A DNA stretch of 32,000 nucleotides from an uncultured Nitrososphaerota archaeon (GTDB taxonomy: Archaea; Korarchaeota; Korarchaeia; Korarchaeales; Korarchaeaceae), in the NCBI GenBank assembly GCA_964480775.1, contig CAYZRF010000005.1:30001-62000 (forward strand), given 5' to 3'. Position 1 is the stretch's first letter. Every line of letters begins with the position of its first letter. Shown here in pieces: positions 16,702 through 24,723 of this stretch. The position numbers and the translations under genes are program-made. Below the pieces are notes generated by a model. It worked only from the letters and a program-made list of their open reading frames with translations, searched no databases and was not told the origin of the DNA.

Positions 16702-16711
16702 CTTAATAATT
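16702..16711. promoter_or_regulatory. AT-rich TATA-like element TTAATAATTA in the divergent apgM / PAC2 promoter region
   Basis: It is the only AT-rich box in the 41-65 bp divergent spacer. It lies ~32-41 nt from ATG 16743 and ~25-34 nt from ATG 16677. Confidence 0.35.
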
Positions 16712-16717
16712 AGGATG

Positions 16718-16731
16718 ACTCAATCTTGAGT
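16718..16731. promoter_or_regulatory. Perfect palindrome ACTCAA-TC-TTGAGT between the TATA-like box and the PAC2-PadR-DUF354 operon start
   Basis: A 6+2+6 inverted repeat read directly from the sequence. Its position over the expected transcription start is typical of archaeal repressor operators. Confidence 0.35.
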
Positions 16732-16742
16732 GTTGAAGTAGC

Positions 16743-17495
16743 ATGGGATGGAACAAAATAGTCGAACTTATCGATGTGAAAGATCCCGTACCGATAGCTA
16801 TAGCTGGCTATCCAGGGATGGGAAACATTGGAATTCAGGTTGTGTCATATCTAGCCGATAAACTCGATGCAGAGCTTACAGCCAAAATATACTCAGAATA
16901 TCTTATGTTGTCGAGCAATGTAGCTGGGATAATAATAAACAAGGACGGAACATTCAAGTTGCCTGCAATTGAAATTAGGTTAGCAAAGAAAGGGAAAAAC
17001 AAGTTGTTTTTAGTAAGCTCTCCAATTCAACCAGTTCCCTGGGGGCAGCTTGAGGTTTCATCTCTTCTTTTTGACTATTTAAAGAAAAAAGGTGTTGAGA
17101 TCATCTTTATAATAGCTGGATTTGTTGATAGAACCCTTTACAACACGGTAATAACCTTTGGAGACGAGGAATGGACCAAGAAATTAGAAGAACTGGGATC
17201 AATTAGAAACGAAACAATAAGATCAGTAATCGGTCTTGCAGGAGCGAATTTAACGTTAGCGAGGTTGAGAGGGCTTAGATATGTCTTTATCTCTGGAGTA
17301 GCAGCAGATTACCTACCAGATCCGAAGCCAGCTCAGAATATCTTGAATAAACTTAACTCCATCATGAGCTTAGGTATTGACATGGAAGAGATGGGAAAGA
17401 GAGTTAAAGAGTTTGAAAGCAAGCTACAACCAAAAGAAGAGTCAGAGACGAGCAAGGATGAAAAAGAGAACGCGTCTATGAACTATTTGGGGTGA
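16743..17495 (+). CDS. PAC2-family proteasome assembly chaperone (PbaA/PbaB-like), paralogue 1
   Basis: IAIAGYPGMGNIG..., QPVPWGQ and an acidic C-terminal tail. It is paralogous to 20266-21036. Confidence 0.85.
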   Translation: MGWNKIVELIDVKDPVPIAIAGYPGMGNIGIQVVSYLADKLDAELTAKIYSEYLMLSSNVAGIIINKDGTFKLPAIEIRLAKKGKNKLFLVSSPIQPVPWGQLEVSSLLFDYLKKKGVEIIFIIAGFVDRTLYNTVITFGDEEWTKKLEELGSIRNETIRSVIGLAGANLTLARLRGLRYVFISGVAADYLPDPKPAQNILNKLNSIMSLGIDMEEMGKRVKEFESKLQPKEESETSKDEKENASMNYLG

Positions 17496-17499
17496 TCAC

Positions 17500-17826
17500 A
17501 TGTCTTTAGACAGACTCCAGCGAAAGTTAACTAAAGAGAACTTATGGATTTACATCCTGTCTTTACTTTTGGAAGAACCACAATATGCTTACACAATACC
17601 AGCAGAAGTGGAGAAGAGATTCGGCTGGAGACCTGCCAGGATAACTGGATACATCGTATTGAAGAGCTTGAAATCTAAGGGATTAGTGAAAATGACGGAG
17701 CAAATGGGAGAAACAGGAAAATTAAGAAAGTATTACGAGATAACAGAGAAAGGCAGAGAACTCATGGAACAAGCAAAGGAGTTCTTAAGGGATACTTATA
17801 TCAAGTTGTTTGGGGAGAGCATTTGA
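17500..17826 (+). CDS. PadR family transcriptional regulator
   Basis: The winged-HTH region WIYILSLLLEEPQYAYTIPAEVEKRF....ITGYIVLKSLKSKGLVK....RKYYEITEKG is the PadR signature. The gene starts 4 nt after the PAC2 stop. Confidence 0.88.
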   Translation: MSLDRLQRKLTKENLWIYILSLLLEEPQYAYTIPAEVEKRFGWRPARITGYIVLKSLKSKGLVKMTEQMGETGKLRKYYEITEKGRELMEQAKEFLRDTYIKLFGESI

Positions 17827-18881
17827 GAGGTCTAATTTGGCTAGACGCCCTTACTCCAAAACAAGCGAGGCTGTTCTCTTCTATATATAGAGAGCTTGGA
17901 AAAATAGAAGGATTGGAACTTATTCTAACTGCTAGAGACTATGCAGAAACTCTTCAAATACTTGAACTGAATAAAATACCACACACCTCTGTAGGTAGAT
18001 ATGGAGGAGTGGCTAGGGTTGAGAAACTTGTTGCATACGCAGTGAGAGCCCAGAAGTTGGTTTATGAGCTTCATGACAAAAAAATTTGTGCTCTTATCTC
18101 CTTATCCTCTCCCTCAGCAGTTAGGGTGGCATTTGGTTTAGGCGTTCCTTCTATAACGCTAAACGACACTCCACACGCGTTTCACGTAGGAAGGATAACA
18201 CTCCCTCTTTCAACGAAAGTAATAGCGCCTGTCGCCATTCCTAAAAGAGAACTAGTTAAACTAGGAGCTGAAGAAAACAATATACTACAGTACGATGGTG
18301 TAGATGAGGTGGCATGGATAAAATCCAACAAACCTGACCCACATGTCTTAGAAGAAATAGGATTAGAAGAAGAGCCTTTTGTTGTATTTAGGCCTCCAGA
18401 GGAGAAGGCAGCCTATTTATCTGGCTTAGTGGGCACAAACTTTATTGATCTAATACGATTCGTTGCGAGGAAAGGGATAAAAGCTGTCTTCTTTCCCAGA
18501 TATCCTGAACAACGCAAATCCGTAGAGAAAATAAGTGGAATAATTGTCCCTAAAAGAGCTGTAGACACACCTAGCCTTTACTTCTATTCCTCGCTGGTCA
18601 TCACGGGCGGAGGAACGATGGCAAGAGAGGGAGCATTGTTGGGCGTCCCATCAATCTCCCTATTTCCTTTAGACTATCCTCTATATGTAAATGAGTATCT
18701 TAAAGATAGAGGATTTCCGATTTACAGGTTTAGAAACTGCGAAGAAGCATTTCCGCTTATCTCTAAAATCCTAGAAAATCCTGAAGACTACCGAATCAAT
18801 ACCGAGTCACTTCTGGAGGAATTAGAAAGCCCAATGACACCAATAAAACGTAGTTTAGAGGAAATAAGATGTATCGGCTAA
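17823..18881 (+). CDS. DUF354 protein (GT-B / UDP-GlcNAc 2-epimerase-like fold, function unknown)
   Basis: The TTG start overlaps the PadR stop. IWLDALTPKQARLF...LILTARDY...VAFGLGVPSITLNDTPHA matches the archaeal DUF354 pattern as I recall it. Confidence 0.75.
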   Translation: MRGLIWLDALTPKQARLFSSIYRELGKIEGLELILTARDYAETLQILELNKIPHTSVGRYGGVARVEKLVAYAVRAQKLVYELHDKKICALISLSSPSAVRVAFGLGVPSITLNDTPHAFHVGRITLPLSTKVIAPVAIPKRELVKLGAEENNILQYDGVDEVAWIKSNKPDPHVLEEIGLEEEPFVVFRPPEEKAAYLSGLVGTNFIDLIRFVARKGIKAVFFPRYPEQRKSVEKISGIIVPKRAVDTPSLYFYSSLVITGGGTMAREGALLGVPSISLFPLDYPLYVNEYLKDRGFPIYRFRNCEEAFPLISKILENPEDYRINTESLLEELESPMTPIKRSLEEIRCIG

Positions 18882-20198
18882 TCAAAACCCATACTTTCTC
18901 CTTAATGCTTCCGCAAGGACGGTTAGAGGCTCTATGACGGGACTAATTAGTGGATGATAACCGAATTCCATTTTTTCAAGTTCACTGAGATTAACTTCCT
19001 TCATTATAGCAAGTGTAGAGAATATTACTCTTCCCCAAATCCCTTGCTTTCCAAAAAACTGGGCCCCTAACAACCTCCCTCTTCTATCTATTACCAGCCA
19101 CGTAACTATAGAGCTGCTCCAAGGTACTTCCTTTGCCATATCAGGACCTCTAAAGCGTCCAAACACGTGTTCTATTCCCTCTTTCTCTGCTCTGCTTGAG
19201 GTTAAACCAGTGCACCCAACTGCAAATTCTCCAAAATGGACTACAAAGGGACATAGGGTGCCTTTGTACTTAACATCTCCCCCTGAAATGTTCATACCAG
19301 CTATCCTGCCCTGAACAAGTGCAGTTGATGCTAGACCTGTGACAATCGGATTTCCAGTAACGTAATCCCTAACCTCAGCTACGTCTCCCGCGGCGTAAAT
19401 GTTTGGATACTCAGTTCTCATCCACTGATCTACGGGAATTCCGCCTTTTTCTCCTATCTTAATTCCAGAAATTTTTGCAAGTTCTACATTGGGCTTTGCT
19501 CCAGTGCATAGTATCACAGTATCAGCCTCTATCTCTTTATCTCCTGCTATAACTCCTACTACCTCTCCTCTTTTTCCTATAATTTTCTTCAAAGGGTGCT
19601 TTAGAAGAACATTTACCCCCATCTTCGTCAAGGACTGAGCAACCAAAGATGCGATGGGAGGATCAAGCTTTCCTGGCATAAGTTGTTCCATCATCTCTAT
19701 TATGTAGACTTCTTTTCCTAGGGTAGCCAACTCGGCCGCTACTTCTATACCAGTAGCGCTACCTCCAACAATGACGATTTTCTCCAAACTCCTTTTTCTG
19801 AGTCGCTCAACGTCTTCAACCGTCCAAAAGAGCGAGACGCCTTCTAACTCAAGTCCTTCGACGGGAGGAAGGGTAGGTCGTAAACCAGTTGAGATAACTA
19901 AGAAATCATAGTCAATAGCCTCCTCGCTCCCTTCTCTGTCAAAATTCACTACCTTCTTGTATGGATCTATCCTTTTTGCATTTGCCTTGGTTATCAACTC
20001 TATGTTTGGGGGTTTTCTCCTCTCTACGACATCCTCAAAGGGGATTTTACCACTAAGGACATAGGGGAGAGAACAGGGATGATACGCTGGGTAAGGTCTT
20101 CTCTCAAGAACGACTACCTCAAGTTTTGGATTTCTCTTTTTAGCTATGGCCGAAGCCGTTTGCCCAGCAGTACCGTAACCAATTACAACTATCCTCAT
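18882..20198 (-). CDS. FAD/NAD(P)-dependent pyridine nucleotide-disulfide oxidoreductase (CoA-disulfide reductase / NADH oxidase / NSR family)
   Basis: GxGxxG motif VVIGYGTAGQ, single redox Cys in YHPCSLPY, a second dinucleotide fold IVGGSATGIE, and AAGDVAE. Confidence 0.88.
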   Translation of the reverse strand: MRIVVIGYGTAGQTASAIAKKRNPKLEVVVLERRPYPAYHPCSLPYVLSGKIPFEDVVERRKPPNIELITKANAKRIDPYKKVVNFDREGSEEAIDYDFLVISTGLRPTLPPVEGLELEGVSLFWTVEDVERLRKRSLEKIVIVGGSATGIEVAAELATLGKEVYIIEMMEQLMPGKLDPPIASLVAQSLTKMGVNVLLKHPLKKIIGKRGEVVGVIAGDKEIEADTVILCTGAKPNVELAKISGIKIGEKGGIPVDQWMRTEYPNIYAAGDVAEVRDYVTGNPIVTGLASTALVQGRIAGMNISGGDVKYKGTLCPFVVHFGEFAVGCTGLTSSRAEKEGIEHVFGRFRGPDMAKEVPWSSSIVTWLVIDRRGRLLGAQFFGKQGIWGRVIFSTLAIMKEVNLSELEKMEFGYHPLISPVIEPLTVLAEALRRKYGF

Positions 20199-20228
20199 GA
20201 TAACCCCAACCTATCTTTAGGAATACAC

Positions 20229-20234
20229 TTTAAA
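20229..20234. promoter_or_regulatory. Palindromic TTTAAA box in the divergent spacer between the oxidoreductase and PAC2 paralogue 2
   Basis: It lies ~31-36 nt from ATG 20198 on the minus strand and ~32-37 nt from TTG 20266 on the plus strand. Confidence 0.3.
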
Positions 20235-20265
20235 TCCTACTTCAGATCAGAAGCTTGAGAAACAA

Positions 20266-21036
20266 TTGTCCTTGATCGAACTAATAGAACACAAAAAAGT
20301 CCAACCAGATAGCCCCGTGCTCATTCAAGGACTGCCGGGGCTAGGGTTAGTTGGGAAAATCGCTGTTCAATATCTGATTGATCAGTATGACCCGCCTCTA
20401 ATAGCAAAGATAGTTAGTGACCTGATACCCCTCCCCGATGGCTCGGCTGGTGTTAGAGTAGAAGAAGAGGATCTGAAACTAGCTTCCATAGACCTATACT
20501 ATCTTAAAAGAGAAGGTTCAAAAAGAGACCTGCTTCTAATGACTTCAGAAGCACAACCAGTTCCCTGGGGTCAATATAGAATCGCTGAAAGGGTCATTAA
20601 ATATGTTAGGGCCCTTGATGTCGGCCTAGTTCTTGCTTTGGGCGGGTATGTTCCAGGATCTCTTAACGTAAAAGGAGTCTTTGCATGTACAAATGATTCA
20701 GATCTAATGAAAGAGCTGGAATCGTATGGGGTTAAGAGGTTAAGAGGAGGATACGTAACAGGAGCCTGTGGCATAATAGTAGGTGTGGCCCATGTTTATG
20801 GAATAAAAAGCGCCTGTTTGCTAGGAACAACAGGCGGATCATTTCCAGATCCCGGAGCTTCTAAGAATGTCCTGCTTGTTGTTGACAAAATAGTGGGAGG
20901 ACAGACTGATTTCTCTGAAATGGATAAAATGATCGAGAAAGAGCGTGAACTTATGGAAGAACTCAGACGCGCAGCAAGAGAAGTAGCTGAAGCAGAAACT
21001 CCTAAAGAGGAAACTTCTCTCCCTTACCACATGTAA
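20266..21036 (+). CDS. PAC2-family proteasome assembly chaperone (PbaA/PbaB-like), paralogue 2
   Basis: VLIQGLPGLGLVG..., QPVPWGQ and an acidic/helical tail ending LPYHM. TTG start. Confidence 0.85.
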   Translation: MSLIELIEHKKVQPDSPVLIQGLPGLGLVGKIAVQYLIDQYDPPLIAKIVSDLIPLPDGSAGVRVEEEDLKLASIDLYYLKREGSKRDLLLMTSEAQPVPWGQYRIAERVIKYVRALDVGLVLALGGYVPGSLNVKGVFACTNDSDLMKELESYGVKRLRGGYVTGACGIIVGVAHVYGIKSACLLGTTGGSFPDPGASKNVLLVVDKIVGGQTDFSEMDKMIEKERELMEELRRAAREVAEAETPKEETSLPYHM

Positions 21037-21043
21037 GAACTCA

Positions 21044-21598
21044 TCACCTTTTCTTTAATCTTATCTCTAAGATCCCATTTTTGTAAGACTTCTTGAGAGA
21101 GGTACCTACTTTTGTTGGCAATTCGATCATCTTAGAATAGTGTCCTCCCTCAATATACAGCTTATTTCCTTTTATTCTGATATCTATGTCCTTTTCTTCA
21201 ACACCTGGCATTTCTGCTATTATCACGACCTCCTTTCCAAAATCCAACACGTCTACGACCGGCTCTCTTACTACTTCAGTACCTCCTTCTTCTATCTGAA
21301 TTGGAACTCTCTCTTCTTCAGGTTCCTCTTCAACTTCTCTTATCTCTCCGCTTTTTGGGACATTTCCAAAGTACTTAATGACTGGCTTCCCATCTGGCCC
21401 TATAGTAAAGTAGTATCCCTGTATGAAAGGACCCCTAACTCTCATTCCGCTGGGCGTCTCCAATTCTGGAAATTTATCCTCAAGCTCTTTCCAGTCAAAT
21501 GCACCCATATCTTCCAAGCTCTTCAATAGATCTTCCTCTACCTTCTTGAACAATCTCATCATTTCTCTCATCCATCTATCGAACGGGTCTTCATCCAT
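21044..21598 (-). CDS. Small heat-shock protein (Hsp20/alpha-crystallin family) with a long N-terminal extension
   Basis: Alpha-crystallin domain VDVLDFGKEVVIIAEMPGVEEKDIDIRIKGNKLYIEG...YKNGILEIRLKK. A GAGGG SD lies 8 nt upstream of the ATG. Confidence 0.9.
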   Translation of the reverse strand: MDEDPFDRWMREMMRLFKKVEEDLLKSLEDMGAFDWKELEDKFPELETPSGMRVRGPFIQGYYFTIGPDGKPVIKYFGNVPKSGEIREVEEEPEEERVPIQIEEGGTEVVREPVVDVLDFGKEVVIIAEMPGVEEKDIDIRIKGNKLYIEGGHYSKMIELPTKVGTSLKKSYKNGILEIRLKKR

Positions 21599-21977
21599 CT
21601 CTTTTCCCTCATGATTAATGCATGCGACTAGGTTAATTACGTTTACTCAACATTTATCTTCAGACCTTTCTACTCTTCTTTGATAGAGTTATTCTTAGGA
21701 AACCACATTCTAGCTTTGTTTTTCTTGTCTCGACTGAAGAAGACAAATTTAACTCCAAATATATCTCTTCTTTACCCATATTTTATGATTATACCCTCTC
21801 TCAATTACTTCCCTATAATTTTTCTGGAATCTTTCATTGATAATAGTCCTGGGAAGACGTTGTCTCCTCAAAAAGAGTTGCTGGCCGTGATAAAGATATT
21901 AAATTGAGAGCATGGCAGCAATGAATCAAGGCTCACTATTTTAACTACACACATCCCAAATCAATGGGATCAAAATT

Positions 21978-23360
21978 ATGGACCCTAGACTAAGAGTTTT
22001 CTTCGAGCCCAAAAGCGTAGCGGTGATAGGTGCTTCAAGAAACCCAAGAAAAATAGGTCACATCATAGTTTCTCAGATGCTAAAGGCTGGTTTCAACGGG
22101 AAGCTTTTCCCTGTGAACCCAAAAGCCGCAGAAATCTTAGGACTTAAAGCCTATCCTAGCGTAATAGACGTGCCAGAAGAGGTTGATCTAGCAATAATAT
22201 CAATTCCTGCACGATATACAATCCAGGCGATAGAAGAATGCGGAAAAAAAGGAGTAAAGGCAGTAGTAGTAATCTCTGGGGGGTTTAGTGAGGTTGGAAA
22301 CAGAGAACTTGAAACTGAGCTTGTGAGAACAGCAGAAAAATGGGAACTTAGACTAATGGGACCAAACTGCATGGGGGTGTATAGTCCGCCTTCCAATGTA
22401 GATATGCTGTTCACCCCCGATAATGTACTCCCTAGAGCACCTAGAGGAAATGTCGCTGTTATTTCGCAAAGTGGAAGCCTAGCGGCTGGCCTAATGACCA
22501 TGTTAGCCAAACAAGAAGTTGGAGTAAGTAGGTTCATAAGCTATGGTAATGCTGCGGATGTAGATGAAGCAGACCTTTTGGAATATTTGGCCGAAGACCA
22601 TGAAACGAGGGTAATTGCTCTATATATAGAGGGTCTAGAAGATGGAAGGCGTTTCATGAAAGTCGCTAAGGAGGTCTCTCGCCACAAACCCGTGGTAGTT
22701 ATGAAGGGTGGGAGAGGAAAGGCTGGAAGCAGGGCGGTTTTAAGCCACACCGGTTCTTTAGCTGGGAATGAGGAGATATACAATGCCGCCTTAAAACAAT
22801 GTGGAACCATCATTACCACGAAGTTAGAGGAGTTCGTCGATGTTTGTATGTGCTTGGCAACTCAACCACCTGCTAAAGGTAGAAAGGTCGGAATAATCAC
22901 TAATGGTGGTGGTTATGGTGTAATTGCAGTGGATTCCTTGGAAGAACAGGGTCTGGAAATTCCTCCTCTATCTGAGGGGCTAGAGGAAGAATTAAAGAGA
23001 AAATTACCTCCATTTTATGCCATTAGCAACCCCTTAGATCTTACAGGCTCTTGCACTGCTGAACAGTACAAGATTTCAATTCAGACTATGTTGAATTCTC
23101 AGGATATAGATTGCGTGATGGTCATTGCTTTAATGTCTCCACCACTATTAGATAGACGTCAACTAATAGATTACATGATCGAACTCGGTATCTCCAAAAA
23201 AAAGCCTTTAGTAGTTATTTCCATGGAAGCAACTGATGAAATAACAGAGCAGTTGAGAAGATTGAAAGCGGCTGGTATTCCCTACTATACCGATCCATCC
23301 AGGGGAGCGAGAGCAATAGCTGCTCTTGTTAGATTCGGAGAAGTAAGCAAGAGGGAATAA
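21978..23360 (+). CDS. acdA: Acetyl-CoA synthetase (ADP-forming), alpha subunit
   Basis: CoA-binding N-terminus FFEPKSVAVIGASRNP.KIG. Phosphohistidine loop VLSHTGSLAG. At ~460 aa it matches archaeal ACD alpha subunits. Confidence 0.85.
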   Translation: MDPRLRVFFEPKSVAVIGASRNPRKIGHIIVSQMLKAGFNGKLFPVNPKAAEILGLKAYPSVIDVPEEVDLAIISIPARYTIQAIEECGKKGVKAVVVISGGFSEVGNRELETELVRTAEKWELRLMGPNCMGVYSPPSNVDMLFTPDNVLPRAPRGNVAVISQSGSLAAGLMTMLAKQEVGVSRFISYGNAADVDEADLLEYLAEDHETRVIALYIEGLEDGRRFMKVAKEVSRHKPVVVMKGGRGKAGSRAVLSHTGSLAGNEEIYNAALKQCGTIITTKLEEFVDVCMCLATQPPAKGRKVGIITNGGGYGVIAVDSLEEQGLEIPPLSEGLEEELKRKLPPFYAISNPLDLTGSCTAEQYKISIQTMLNSQDIDCVMVIALMSPPLLDRRQLIDYMIELGISKKKPLVVISMEATDEITEQLRRLKAAGIPYYTDPSRGARAIAALVRFGEVSKRE

Positions 23361-23364
23361 AGCA

Positions 23365-24723
23365 TCATAAAATTGCTGAAGTGAATCCTACATTGTGAAC
23401 CGCCATTAATGGAGTCACAACAGGAACTTCCCACTCCATCCACCAATGAAATACGGGTATAGCCTCTCTAGAGACTTGATAGACGTTCGAAAGGAGATTT
23501 AACAGGTTATCACTAAGCCTGAGCCCTCTGACTTCTTCTATTATTTCACCATTCTTCACTCTAAAGACACCATCTCTTATTACTGCAGAAAAATCTCCTG
23601 TTCTGTAATTTTGGAACCTCAAATATGTGGCGTTCTTAACAATAAGACCTTCCTTCATTTCTTCGATAAGCTCCTCGTCTTTTGTCTCTCCTGGCTTAAG
23701 TATGAGATACCAAGGTTTCGGAATGATCCAACCCGCATTTGCAGTGGAATTGGTATTAAATGCTTTGGCAGTTAGTCTGTTGTGAAGATAGGTTTTTAGA
23801 ACCCCTTCTTCTATGATAACGTTCCTTTTTGTTGGCAATCCTTCATCATCATGAACCCTAGACCCATACCCTGCTGACATCAATGGATCATCTATAAGAG
23901 TAACCTTTTCAGAAGCTATTTTTTGGTCTATTTTGTCCACATAGGGTGACATTTGCATGAGAATGTATAGAGCAGATGCCATATGACCAAATATACCAAC
24001 TAGGTTTCCTAACGCACTTCTACCAAATATCACATTGTATTTACCTGGCTCTCCCTTTGTATGGTTCTTTGCTAGCATAGCGTCTCTCCCTGCTTCCATC
24101 CCGGCCCTTTTTGGATCCAAACCTGATAATGACCTGGAACAGGTTGTTCCGTGTCCAGTAGCCTCTTCATTAGCAAAGGCCCTGATTTCTAGATATACTT
24201 GGCTATCTCTAGAACAAATGTTAACTCCCCCTGTTGTAACTAAACATGAGTATCCAGCACGAGATTTTACTACGCCTGCAACTCTCTCGGCCCCTTCTGA
24301 TAAAGCCGAATCTATGGCGGTCTTGGCCATATCAACGAGTTCATCTTCAGCTTCTAGAATTCTATCGTCATACAGATCTTGAACTAGAGGGTACTCAAAA
24401 GGACCTTCTGGCATGGATGCATACACTGGTCTAGGAGGCAGGTACTTCATAGAATCTACAGATCCCTCAATAAACCTTTTAAGGCTCTCTAGTTGAAGAT
24501 CTTCTGTTTCTACCACCAAAATCCTCTTTTCCTTTCCTATACATACGGAAATCCTTTTGTAAAGCCATGTATTTGCAATATCAGCTTTGTTTTGAGAGAA
24601 CCTCAGATGTCTACCAACATCTTCCTTGTATATTACAGCAACATCCTCTGCTCCTTTTCCGAGAGCTATGTCTACTACATCTTGAGCAATACTAAAACCT
24701 TCCTCAAAGGATTCAGATTCCAC
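23365..24723 (-). CDS. pmbA: PmbA/TldE-family protein (non-catalytic partner of TldD)
   Basis: TldD/PmbA-fold sequence lacking HExxxH. I prefer the start at GTG 24723, which overlaps the tldD stop by 11 nt. The 26 extra N-terminal codons in the track lie inside tldD. Confidence 0.8.
   Translation of the reverse strand: MESESFEEGFSIAQDVVDIALGKGAEDVAVIYKEDVGRHLRFSQNKADIANTWLYKRISVCIGKEKRILVVETEDLQLESLKRFIEGSVDSMKYLPPRPVYASMPEGPFEYPLVQDLYDDRILEAEDELVDMAKTAIDSALSEGAERVAGVVKSRAGYSCLVTTGGVNICSRDSQVYLEIRAFANEEATGHGTTCSRSLSGLDPKRAGMEAGRDAMLAKNHTKGEPGKYNVIFGRSALGNLVGIFGHMASALYILMQMSPYVDKIDQKIASEKVTLIDDPLMSAGYGSRVHDDEGLPTKRNVIIEEGVLKTYLHNRLTAKAFNTNSTANAGWIIPKPWYLILKPGETKDEELIEEMKEGLIVKNATYLRFQNYRTGDFSAVIRDGVFRVKNGEIIEEVRGLRLSDNLLNLLSNVYQVSREAIPVFHWWMEWEVPVVTPLMAVHNVGFTSAIL

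Noticed and set aside
21680-21907. The 75-aa plus-strand ORF in the hsp20/acdA spacer.
   Set aside because: It needs a non-ATG start and has a hydrophobic low-complexity translation of pyrimidine-rich DNA. It has no motif and no SD.
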